DNA of 45,768 nt from Bdellovibrionota bacterium (GTDB lineage Bacteria > Bdellovibrionota_C > UBA2361 > OMIW01). Within the stretch, counting starts at the first letter, position 1; every line of letters begins with the position of its first letter. The position numbers were made by a program, and so were the translations under genes. The stretch is taken from the NCBI GenBank assembly GCA_044345055.1, contig JBIJBT010000012.1, positions 1 to 45,768 of the forward strand. The letters are read 5' to 3'. The notes beneath the pieces are model-generated. The model was not told where the DNA came from. It made no database searches and saw nothing but the letters and a program-made list of their open reading frames with translations. Shown here one piece after another: positions 17,750 to 26,850 of this stretch.

Positions 17750-19417
17750 CTAATTCTTCCATCTTCGGTACCCTGATTGATCAAATGCGCACCGTTCCCC
17801 AACTTCGTTTCGCTTACTGTCGATACACACCGGCCGTGTCCAGAAAAAATAAATGCTCTTAAGTACAGCTTCGGTGTAATCCTGTCTAAGAGGGTCTTTT
17901 TCGAAGTGATGCATAAGTCGAATTTCGCCGCGGTTGTGTAAGTTGCCGTCTACAAGTTCAACCAACGGTTTTCCACAATTGACCAGCTGGCGGATGAGTG
18001 TGTCGCGAACTTTCTCGAACTCTCGCGACCTCATAACATAGTCACCTGTTACTGCATTCTGATCGAATGTATAGAGCTGGTGACGCTCGCAGAAATCCAT
18101 TGTGAGGTAGTTCGAAATGAAGGATAGGTCGTTGTTAAGACGCCGAACTTCGAAAATTTTCTCTCGCCCAAGACCAACCTTCTTGTCCCATCGTTTCCTC
18201 TCGTCCTCGTTTGTACACGCTTCCCATTCGGGTCCAAATTTACCTTTGTTCCACCTATCTTCAATATCCCGAAAAAGTTCTATTCCGATTTTATAGGGAT
18301 TAAGATTAGGCGGCTGACTCGCGGTGATACTGCTATGTAAATGGGCATGCTGATCCTGATTCTTGTCTTTAACAACCTCCTGACGCATCAGGGTTGAATG
18401 CCAGTAAGATGCCCACCCCTCATTCATAATCTTTGTCTGCATCTGAGGCAGAAAATAGTATGATTCCTCACGAACGATTGAGAGAATATCTCTTTGCCAA
18501 TCGGGAATTGGGGCGTTTTCAATTAGGAATTGTAATACATCTCTGACAGGCTTTTCTGGAAATTGTCGGGGTTTCTTATTAAGCTTTTCTTCTTTTATCC
18601 TAGCCGCTTCGAGTGCCTCCGGTGGATTAATAAAGCTCTCTAGATAGTCGCGCGTCACCGGTAGCCTTCCCGGCTGCCCTCTTAGGGGCTCCTCTTTCAT
18701 TGTCGAGGATTGTTTATCATTTCCATTTGGAAAGGCGAGCATTTTAAAAGGATCGATTAGATCGGAGATCGAGAGCGCATGGTCGAATACCTTTTCTACC
18801 TCATCCCTTCCGTAAAGGTGCATATACTTTGCAACCCTATGGGCGTGAGTAGCCATCATTTCGATTGATTGTCGATTCGTTTGCGAAAAGTAGATATTGT
18901 TTCTGAAAAAATCAGCATGCCCAGTTACGTGGCACATCACGAACTCCTGATCGAAGTTTTCGTTTGAGGCCATCAGGTAGGCATATACCGGATCGCTATT
19001 TATGACGAGCTCATAGATCTTTGACGATGCGTGCTCATAACCGGTATTGAGAAACTCGTACTCCATACCAAACCGCCAATGCGGATATCGAATCGGAAAG
19101 CCGTCACGAGCTGCGATCGCATTTATCTCATGCGAGTAGAGCATTTCGTAGACGATTGGATAGAACGACAGACCGTGATCGCGTGCCGCATTTTCTATCT
19201 GTATTTGTCGGTCGCGAAGATCTTCAGAAAGAGTTGGTCGACCAGGTCCAAGAAGTGGAGTGGGAGCTTTGACCTCTCTCGTTCGTAGAGGGAGTCGAGC
19301 TTCGATGGGATTATGATCATCTAGGTTTGCGAGCTCTTTGGCTTGTTCCGATGCGGGTAGGTCGGAGCCTGATTCTCTTGCTGGTCCAGATAAATTTGGC
19401 TCAGGGGTTGCGTTCAT
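17750..19417 (-). CDS. spoVR: SpoVR/YcgB family protein
   Basis: GFPIRYPHWRFG, KIYELVINSDP, HVTGHADFFRNN, PQMQTKIMNEGWASYWH and LNPYKIG. Confidence 0.93.
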   Translation of the reverse strand: MNATPEPNLSGPARESGSDLPASEQAKELANLDDHNPIEARLPLRTREVKAPTPLLGPGRPTLSEDLRDRQIQIENAARDHGLSFYPIVYEMLYSHEINAIAARDGFPIRYPHWRFGMEYEFLNTGYEHASSKIYELVINSDPVYAYLMASNENFDQEFVMCHVTGHADFFRNNIYFSQTNRQSIEMMATHAHRVAKYMHLYGRDEVEKVFDHALSISDLIDPFKMLAFPNGNDKQSSTMKEEPLRGQPGRLPVTRDYLESFINPPEALEAARIKEEKLNKKPRQFPEKPVRDVLQFLIENAPIPDWQRDILSIVREESYYFLPQMQTKIMNEGWASYWHSTLMRQEVVKDKNQDQHAHLHSSITASQPPNLNPYKIGIELFRDIEDRWNKGKFGPEWEACTNEDERKRWDKKVGLGREKIFEVRRLNNDLSFISNYLTMDFCERHQLYTFDQNAVTGDYVMRSREFEKVRDTLIRQLVNCGKPLVELVDGNLHNRGEIRLMHHFEKDPLRQDYTEAVLKSIYFFWTRPVCIDSKRNEVGERCAFDQSGYRRWKN

Positions 19418-19651
19418 AGTGGTTTAACTTCCTAAGTGATAAGGGGCACGCTACAAATTTTGATAACAGGTGCGCAAGATAAAAAATTTGGTTTTTTAAA
19501 AAAAAGTCTTGGCGAATCGTGCCGAGTCGGCAATGCTGCAACGGCTAGTCAGAGAAGGAACTAAGGATCTGCCGACAGACGGAGCTGAGACAGTTTCCGC
19601 TTTTTTCTGATTATTAGGTCGATATCTTATTCTTCTATAGTTCGGTACTGT

Positions 19652-22309
19652 ATGGTCGAAGCGAGTTTTGGTGCAGCGTCGTTTGGTTCTTCTGATGATT
19701 CTGAGCGGCAGGTACGACCTCCGAGAGAAAAATTCCGCTCGCATACCGATGCAGTAGATTCTCTTGTCGACATCCGTTCGACTAATGACGTCTCGTCAGC
19801 TGAGCAATTTGCAGAGCTTGGTTCTCAGCTATGTAGGTCCCATGAGCAATCTCGTAGGGAACGACTTACAACAGACAAAAGTTTTCGGGAATACCTTCTC
19901 GATCTTTGGAATGATCCTAGGCATACCGTTCGCTCCGTAGGACAGTATCAGGTTGATGCATTCGAGCATTACGGCTTTGAGGAAAAGAAGATCGCAGGGA
20001 GGGTAATAAAAGATTTTAACGCGCGAACTTTCCCGTGGCAGTCTCCTGATCAGGTACATCGACGCGAGTTAGTTGGCCAAGAGGTAGGAACATACGGCTA
20101 CTATGAGTTCTGTAAGCGGGTGGCAGAGGATGCACGTCCTCGTAGTATCCTTTGTGTGCACGGTCACTCTGGTAGTGGAAAAAGTACCTTCTTTCAGATG
20201 AGAGATGAGATGCTGGAGGATTATTCCAATAATCATCCGGAAGGGGCGCTCTATCGGCTCGTATGGCGTTTTTCAGAATCGGAGGCCTCAAAATTTGGAT
20301 TCTCAATCGGCGATAGTCCTCGCCCTCAGATCGTCGAGAAGGGACAGCCTCGAGAGGTTCTTATTCGGGCGGATAATAATACTGACCCGATATTTGTTAT
20401 TCCTAATACTCGTCCCACATCTGGGCAGGGGCGCAGTCCTCGCGAAGAGCTATTGTATTCTCTTGAATCAAGCGGACGGATCTCAGAGGGTTTTAGCAAA
20501 GATTATTTCCTCTCTGATGGTCTAGACCCTCTATCGCGTCAGATACTTGATCATCTCCTTAATCATTATGATGGGGATATGGGAAAGATTTTAGACCGGC
20601 ATGTAAAAATTGAGAGGTGGGGTTTCTCCACACCACTGGGTGAGGGAATTGTTTCTTTGAAACCAAATCCCGATCAGCGAGCTGATATAAAGCCTATCTC
20701 ACAGCCTCAAAGGGCCTTCGTGAAGGATCCTGCTCTCGAGACGTTACCGGAGCTACAATCAACCAGCTCTCTCTTTCTCCATGCCAATCGTGGAGTGCTC
20801 CATTTTGCTGATATGTTTCGTCCAAATCAGCAAGACCGAAGTCAGGGCGATATTACTCGATTTAACTACCTACTCGATACTCTTGAAACAGGATCTGTTC
20901 AGGTGTTGTCACACCGTGATGCCACTGTTGTGCGGAACATACCCTCATTTGTTTTCGTCACTGCGGATACAAACGATCACAATATTTTAGAAAAGATGCA
21001 GTCATCCGGTTTTGAGCAGCTTCGCGAACGGATGGAGTTTTTGACCTTTGGATTAATTACTCGCTGTTCGCAAGAGGCCCGTTTATACGAGTTGGCAAAG
21101 GGTGGAGATGCTCGATATCGGCCAAGTCCTCATGCCTTTGAGACCCTCGCGCTTTTTGCGTGTAGTACCAGATTGCTTGTTCCAGATCCCCTCGCGATAA
21201 ATTACGGTAAAGAGGGTCTATCTGGGATCCTTAATAAGGTTAGTCCAGTGAGTAAAGCGCTGCTTCTTGACGAAGACAAGGGGGCGACCGCAATTAATTT
21301 AGTAAAGGATGAGAAGGAGGAGCTTACTGCGGATCAGACTAATATTCTCTCTAGATATACATCGCTGATCGCTGAGGAATATAGTGGAGGAGTTGGGCAG
21401 ACTAAGTTTTGGCTCTATGACGGAAGTCTTGGTCTCTCGACTCGATCGGCTCTCGGTATTGCTGAGAAGATGATCGCTCAGCACCACGATAGGTCGCTGA
21501 CAGCGATGGATGTTTGCCAGCACCTCGCTGAATTAATCGATGGTGGACTTCCCTACTTTGCAGACATTCGACGGATGAAGTTGCAGGTGCGGTCTGATGT
21601 AGAGCAAAAGGCGCGCGCTGAGGGGCTTAAGCTTTCAGAGTCCGATTTCATTAGCCGAGTAAATAAACTAGTTCCCGTACCAGAGCCTGCTGAGATTCTT
21701 TCCGAGGTAACAACTTACGCGAAGCGAATAATTAGAAATGATCTTAACGATGCGCTCGGGCTTAGTACCGAGGCTGATGCTGAACGAGCACTTCTACGGT
21801 ATGTTTGGCACTTAAGATCTTACTTAACCAGCGGTGACCAGCAAGTTCCCGAAGCGTTTCGTCTGTCGCAAATGCGAAATGATGGACGCGCAAGTGAGTT
21901 GATTATGAGCAGCTTCGAGGATACTTGCCTTGATGCGAGTCGTCCCTCAACACCCGAAGCAAGAGAAGCTCTGCGCCGCTCCGTTTTTTCAAAGATTGCT
22001 GCGTGGAGCCTTGATAATCCAGAAACTCGCCTTGATGAGCATATCGGTCAGGCTCTCTCTGCTATTTTGCGCGAAGTTCGTCTTAGTGGGCGAGCAAACC
22101 AAAAACGCGCTTTTGATCAATTCCTTGATTCTGCGGGAGCGTATGGAAGGAACGATGGATCGTTAGAACGAGATCTTCAGAGTGGGGATCAGGCGATTAA
22201 GAAACGTGCTGAGTATTATTTTGATGTGCTGACCAATATGGAGCGATTTGGATACCAGCGAGAGTCTGCTTCAAGAGAGATCGTATGGGCACTTACCAGC
22301 GATGACTAA
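19652..22309 (+). CDS. Divergent second PrkA-like AAA+ protein (885 aa)
   Basis: Walker A HGHSGSGKST; EDYS...EGALY, HANRGVLHFAD, ADTN and SPHAFE parallel PrkA blocks; divergently transcribed from spoVR. Confidence 0.75.
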   Translation: MVEASFGAASFGSSDDSERQVRPPREKFRSHTDAVDSLVDIRSTNDVSSAEQFAELGSQLCRSHEQSRRERLTTDKSFREYLLDLWNDPRHTVRSVGQYQVDAFEHYGFEEKKIAGRVIKDFNARTFPWQSPDQVHRRELVGQEVGTYGYYEFCKRVAEDARPRSILCVHGHSGSGKSTFFQMRDEMLEDYSNNHPEGALYRLVWRFSESEASKFGFSIGDSPRPQIVEKGQPREVLIRADNNTDPIFVIPNTRPTSGQGRSPREELLYSLESSGRISEGFSKDYFLSDGLDPLSRQILDHLLNHYDGDMGKILDRHVKIERWGFSTPLGEGIVSLKPNPDQRADIKPISQPQRAFVKDPALETLPELQSTSSLFLHANRGVLHFADMFRPNQQDRSQGDITRFNYLLDTLETGSVQVLSHRDATVVRNIPSFVFVTADTNDHNILEKMQSSGFEQLRERMEFLTFGLITRCSQEARLYELAKGGDARYRPSPHAFETLALFACSTRLLVPDPLAINYGKEGLSGILNKVSPVSKALLLDEDKGATAINLVKDEKEELTADQTNILSRYTSLIAEEYSGGVGQTKFWLYDGSLGLSTRSALGIAEKMIAQHHDRSLTAMDVCQHLAELIDGGLPYFADIRRMKLQVRSDVEQKARAEGLKLSESDFISRVNKLVPVPEPAEILSEVTTYAKRIIRNDLNDALGLSTEADAERALLRYVWHLRSYLTSGDQQVPEAFRLSQMRNDGRASELIMSSFEDTCLDASRPSTPEAREALRRSVFSKIAAWSLDNPETRLDEHIGQALSAILREVRLSGRANQKRAFDQFLDSAGAYGRNDGSLERDLQSGDQAIKKRAEYYFDVLTNMERFGYQRESASREIVWALTSDD

Positions 22310-22310
22310 A

Positions 22311-22342
22311 TGTCTAAATCTTTCCGTGTAAAGATTTAGACA
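22311..22342. terminator. Perfect 13-bp inverted repeat just after the PrkA-like gene; terminator or operator
   Basis: TGTCTAAATCTTT-ccgtgt-AAAGATTTAGACA. Confidence 0.6.
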
Positions 22343-22594
22343 GATTGCTTTCAATTTAGAATTATTCTGGATATCCCTTTTAATTATATCTTTTCTTTTT
22401 AGAGCCCTAACCAGGTTGCTAAACTCTTTTTTGCCGAACATGCTATTATGCCTTAATCTTTCTTATGTTCTTGCCGTTATGAGGTGAGATGACGATTGAG
22501 AAGGTGGCTCAGCATTTGGCTTGTTTCACGATCTAGCCCGGGCTGCTGCGCTCATAATATAACAGGTTTCTAGCGGGAAGGCTGGATGTAAGGC

Positions 22595-24328
22595 ATGGCT
22601 GTGAGTGCAAAGTGGCTCTGGCGGCAAATTGGTAAATTTGTCCTTGGTCGCCGGCGAACAACTCGATTCGATGACAGGCTTCGTCGGCTCGAGAGGAGAG
22701 TTGTTCGAACTGAACAGGCACTCTCCCTTAATCTTGTTGAGAGGCGTCTCGGGGGGACACAGGACCTGTCGCGCGCTCTTAAACAGGTTGTGGCGATGGC
22801 TCATGAGCTGACTAGTGCTCGCTCGTGTGAAATAGCTCTATATACATTAAATACGGGGACATATCACACAGCTCTTCTTGTTGGTGCCCCAACTCAGGCG
22901 AGTGCTCAGGCGATGTTGAGCGAGGCTGCTGGCGATAATCCTCTTCAGGTTGGCGATCAAACACTTGTGCAGCCCGTCATATTTGCAGGAGAAACGCTCG
23001 GCTCGCTTCGACTTAGTTTTGATCGTAATCGGAAAATTTCAGCAGAGGATCGAGACGTGGCCCGGCTTCTGGCTGTTCAAGCAGGTGTTGCGATTCTCAA
23101 TTCGCGTCACTCTGAACAACTTGGTCGAATTAGTCGCGAGGCTGATGAATCGCTTCAAGCGAAGCTTGGATTTTTGGCAAATCTTAGCCACGAAATTAGG
23201 GCGCCACTAGGTATTATGATTAACGGCGTTGAGCTGGTTTTGAGGGGGTTGTGCGGAGAGGTTAACGACGATATGGGCGAAGTCTTGGGAATGGTTAAAA
23301 CCAGCGGTGCCCATCTCCTTGAGCTTGTTAATGATGTACTCGATTTTGCAAAGGTCAATGCAGGTCTACTTGAGGCACAATATGAAATAGTCAATCTGTC
23401 GGAGCTTCTCACCGATGTTCAGAAAATTATTCGTCCACTCGCTGAAAAAAAGGGTCAGAGTCTTATTTTTGAGATAGCAAAGGGCGATCAATCCATTCAG
23501 GTCGATAGACGTCATATTCGGCAAGTTGCACTCAATATTCTCACGAATGCAATTAAGTATACGAAGGACGGTGGAGATGTTACGGTTCAATCTGAAGCTG
23601 TAAATGGAATTATCGTAATATCGGTTCGTGACAACGGTATTGGGATGAAACCTGAAGATCTTGAGCTTTTGTTTGATCCCTTTAAGAGGGCCAGTAATCA
23701 ATACGCTCAGAGTCAGCAGGGAACGGGGCTAGGAATGGCTCTTTCAAAACAGCTCGTCGAATTAAACAGGGGTACAATCACAGTGAGATCGACCTGGGGA
23801 GAGGGGACCGAGGTACTCATCGGATTTCCTCAGGTAGGAGAAGAGAAAAAAGTCAGTGATGCTGAGGATGAGGTGCAGGAGGTTGATGGCGCGGGAAGGC
23901 GGGTCCTGATTATCGACCTCATTGATTCCTCTGCTGATCCAATAGCTCGGTACCTAGAAAGCCTATCATTTATCGTCAACTATCGCCGAGTGCTAAGGAG
24001 AGAGCAGCTAAAAGTGCTGAAATTAGGAGGCGCAGGTATCGTAATACTGTGTGCTCGCAATTCAATTGATTCGGGTAGTGTAGAATTAATACGTTCTCTT
24101 ATAGATGAAGAGGCCAGTCGTAATGCCGTTCGACCCGTTCTGGTTGTTTTAGGATCGCAAGCCTCAAGACCCGAGCTTGAGCCTTTGCTTCGTGCTGGGG
24201 TTGATCGATATATAGTTCATCCCTCTCCACTTTCCGAGATTGCTCGGGCAATTGACGAAATTCACCGTTCAGGTGGTCCAACAGCTATCGACAGTGATCC
24301 ACCTCGTTCAAGCGATCTTGTTCAGTAA
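22595..24328 (+). CDS. GAF-HisKA-HATPase hybrid histidine kinase with a degenerate C-terminal receiver
   Basis: H-box FLANLSHEIRAPL, N-box NILTNAIKYT, DNGIGM, LFDPF and GTGLG. The receiver has IVILC where Asp is expected and YIVHP where KP is expected. No clear transmembrane segment. Confidence 0.9.
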   Translation: MAVSAKWLWRQIGKFVLGRRRTTRFDDRLRRLERRVVRTEQALSLNLVERRLGGTQDLSRALKQVVAMAHELTSARSCEIALYTLNTGTYHTALLVGAPTQASAQAMLSEAAGDNPLQVGDQTLVQPVIFAGETLGSLRLSFDRNRKISAEDRDVARLLAVQAGVAILNSRHSEQLGRISREADESLQAKLGFLANLSHEIRAPLGIMINGVELVLRGLCGEVNDDMGEVLGMVKTSGAHLLELVNDVLDFAKVNAGLLEAQYEIVNLSELLTDVQKIIRPLAEKKGQSLIFEIAKGDQSIQVDRRHIRQVALNILTNAIKYTKDGGDVTVQSEAVNGIIVISVRDNGIGMKPEDLELLFDPFKRASNQYAQSQQGTGLGMALSKQLVELNRGTITVRSTWGEGTEVLIGFPQVGEEKKVSDAEDEVQEVDGAGRRVLIIDLIDSSADPIARYLESLSFIVNYRRVLRREQLKVLKLGGAGIVILCARNSIDSGSVELIRSLIDEEASRNAVRPVLVVLGSQASRPELEPLLRAGVDRYIVHPSPLSEIARAIDEIHRSGGPTAIDSDPPRSSDLVQ

Positions 24329-24617
24329 GATAAAGCTGTATGGCAAATTTTTGCGAGGTTCGTCAGGGCACCTGTTGCTTAGAGATGGCTTAAAGTATGC
24401 ACGAAGATTCCATCCATTCATCTGAATTGGTCGCGTAGGATTGACGCGCCGAACCTCTGACACGACATGCACAAATTGCGCACCAGTATCGTCACGATTG
24501 TACAAAAACTTGAGATATTTTTTTTCGTCGGGGCGAAAAAATGCTAGACGAACGCAGTTTGTAATTACTCGCTCATAACAGCTTGTTTTTATAAATATAA
24601 ATCTATCGTAATCGCTC

Positions 24618-24633
24618 CGTCAGGGACTTGACG
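24618..24633. promoter_or_regulatory. Palindromic site resembling a FleQ box
   Basis: CGTCA-gggact-TGACG; the GTCA-N6-TGAC core matches the Pseudomonas FleQ consensus GTCANTAAATTGAC. Confidence 0.5.
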
Positions 24634-24647
24634 AATCGTGCTTCGGT

Positions 24648-24662
24648 TGGCACGGGTGTTGC
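24648..24662 (+). promoter_or_regulatory. sigma54 (RpoN) -24/-12 promoter
   Basis: TGGCACG-ggtg-TTGC with exact consensus spacing, 40 nt before the ATG at 24703. Confidence 0.88.
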
Positions 24663-24702
24663 CCTATTGACACTGAAAGGGATTTCTTGTCCAGGAGGCG
24701 CG

Positions 24703-25833
24703 ATGGAATTTGCGGAGCTTGAGAAGATTGTTGAGGGTAACGACCGTTCAGGAGGTCGGATTGTAACTAAGCAATCTACCTTCGTTGGTATGGTCAGTCA
24801 GTGTCCGGAGATGCACCGGGTCTTTTCGGTTATTCAACGTGTAGCGACGACCCCGTCAACTGTTCTCATCCTTGGTGAAAGTGGAACTGGTAAGGAGTTG
24901 GTTGCAAAAGCAATACACAAGATGAGCGGTCGGTCAGGGAAGCTCGTTCCGGTTAATTGTGGAGCAATTCCGGAAGAGATTCTCGAAAGTGAGTTATTTG
25001 GTCATGAACGAGGAGCGTTTACTGGTGCAGTTGCGTCGAAAATAGGACGTTTCCAGATGGCTGAGGGGGGCACTATCTTTCTCGATGAGATCGGCGAGAT
25101 GAGCCCAAAACTTCAGGTTAAGTTACTTCGGGTTTTGCAGGAGCGACGAATTGATCCAGTAGGATCGACTCGCTCTGTTGAGGTGAATGTTCGGGTCGTT
25201 GCAGCGACTCATCGCGATCTTCGGGAAGAAGTTCGACAAGGAAGGTTTCGAGAGGATCTCTTTTATCGGCTCCACGTTGTTCCAATTTCCCTTCCACCGT
25301 TGCGCGATCGAGGGGGAGATCCCGTCATGTTGGCGCAGTCTTTTATCGATGGAATGTGTCGGCAATCCTCGCGTGATCCGAAGGTTTTTGAAGATTGCGC
25401 GCGTGAAGCTTTGCTTCGATATGATTGGCCCGGAAATGTGCGTGAGCTGCAAAATCTTGTTGAGCGGATCTCTGTAATGCACGAGGGGCGAATTATAACA
25501 GCTGATGATCTTCCTGATTACATTGTCGGAAGTCAGCCCAGGATCACTGTAGCAACAGCAATTGGGGAGGCTCCAAAAGAGTTCTTTCTTCCTGAAGAGG
25601 GGGTCGATTTTAACGAGATGATCGACAATCTTGAAACATCGTTAATCGTTGCTGCTCTTGAGCGTACTGATGGGAATAAGAAAGCAGCAGCTGATCTGCT
25701 GCGACTCAATCGCACGACCTTGGTTGAGAAGATTCGCAAAAAGGGTCTCGACGCAGCTATTCCGCGCCGAGGCCTAGAGAGAGGAGAGGGATCGCAGAGT
25801 TCATCTCAGCTGGAAGAGGCTGAGCTTTTTTGA
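24703..25833 (+). CDS. sigma54-dependent activator, FleQ/FlrA-like, with no N-terminal regulatory domain
   Basis: AGGAGG RBS; GESGTGKE, GAFTGA, FLDEIGE and WPGNVREL; the HTH LLRLNRTTLVEKIRK resembles FleQ/FlrA. Confidence 0.88.
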   Translation: MEFAELEKIVEGNDRSGGRIVTKQSTFVGMVSQCPEMHRVFSVIQRVATTPSTVLILGESGTGKELVAKAIHKMSGRSGKLVPVNCGAIPEEILESELFGHERGAFTGAVASKIGRFQMAEGGTIFLDEIGEMSPKLQVKLLRVLQERRIDPVGSTRSVEVNVRVVAATHRDLREEVRQGRFREDLFYRLHVVPISLPPLRDRGGDPVMLAQSFIDGMCRQSSRDPKVFEDCAREALLRYDWPGNVRELQNLVERISVMHEGRIITADDLPDYIVGSQPRITVATAIGEAPKEFFLPEEGVDFNEMIDNLETSLIVAALERTDGNKKAAADLLRLNRTTLVEKIRKKGLDAAIPRRGLERGEGSQSSSQLEEAELF

Positions 25834-26783
25834 TGGCGAGTCGTATGATGAGCTTACTCCGAACACTAAAGGCTGCGTTGCACTCGTCGAGTGTCATCGG
25901 CACTTTTGCGCTTCTTGGAGTTGTGTTATCTCAATCGCAGGTTAATGCTCAGCACGCAATTGAAGTTCAGCGTCTTCACTCAACTGGAAAATTTCTTGAG
26001 AGTCTAGTCGAATATGATCGCATTCCTAAGCGGAGAGTAACTGTCGATGCTGTCGTTGCGGCGGGAAAAAGTGCGTGGGCTCTTGGTTTGCCGTCAAGGG
26101 CGCTTCAGGAATTTGATACGGCGCTGCGAAAACGTGGGTTAGATTCTATTCAGCAAGGGGAGATTTTGCTTTCTGAGGGAATTATCCATTTTCAAGAGGG
26201 TGAATCTGAGGTTGCGATTAGCTATGCGGAGCGTTCGCTTGAGATTGTGCCACCACCCCATATACTTCGTTCCAGAGCGTTGTTGCTCTCTGCTGAGGCA
26301 CTGACTCGTCTTGGGCGACACGCTGAAGCAGAGTCTCGATTTGTCGAAGCATTAGCTGAATCTTCTTTGGAGGATCGTCACAACGCTCTATATGGACTTG
26401 GCACGGTGAGGATGAATCTTGGGAAAACAGTCGAGGCGCGAGAGGCTTTTGAAGCAATTCCTACAGAGAGTGATCACGCTGCTCAGTCGGTTCGCCATCT
26501 TGCGGAGATTGCGCTGAGGGAGCGAAATTTTAAGCGGGCATATCAATGGCTCGTAAAGGGTCAGCGCGAGCATGCAGAATTTTTTCTTGATAGCTGGGTG
26601 CAGTATGCGCTTGTCAGATGTGCCGTTGCGCAGCACCAGCTAAGTCTCGTTGAGGATCTTCAGAGGGTTGCAAACGAGCGATTTCCACAATCTGATGGGT
26701 GGATTACCCTTCTTAATGCTGAGGCGGAGAGTTTAATCTGGAGTCAGAGCGCAAAAGTTGAAGAAGAGAGGGGCAGAAATTAA
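25830..26783 (+). CDS. Tetratricopeptide-repeat protein, probably exported
   Basis: Hydrophobic N-terminus ending VNA; repeated TPR-like helices (ALYGLGTVRMNLGKTVEAREAF); overlaps the upstream stop. Exact start uncertain. Confidence 0.75.
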   Translation: MMASRMMSLLRTLKAALHSSSVIGTFALLGVVLSQSQVNAQHAIEVQRLHSTGKFLESLVEYDRIPKRRVTVDAVVAAGKSAWALGLPSRALQEFDTALRKRGLDSIQQGEILLSEGIIHFQEGESEVAISYAERSLEIVPPPHILRSRALLLSAEALTRLGRHAEAESRFVEALAESSLEDRHNALYGLGTVRMNLGKTVEAREAFEAIPTESDHAAQSVRHLAEIALRERNFKRAYQWLVKGQREHAEFFLDSWVQYALVRCAVAQHQLSLVEDLQRVANERFPQSDGWITLLNAEAESLIWSQSAKVEEERGRN

Positions 26784-26850
26784 GTTCACGATCATTAAGA
26801 GATCTTAACTAAGTTAACGGGCCATAAGGTCAGAAAAAGGCAAGGTGGCA

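Noticed and set aside
22420..22440. TAAA...GCCGAACA as a sigma28 promoter for the kinase
   Set aside because: The spacer is only 9 nt, far from the expected 15 or so.
22489..22536. Possible leader peptide MTIEKVAQHLACFTI after GAGGTG
   Set aside because: SD-to-ATG spacing is only 2 nt and there are no attenuator features.
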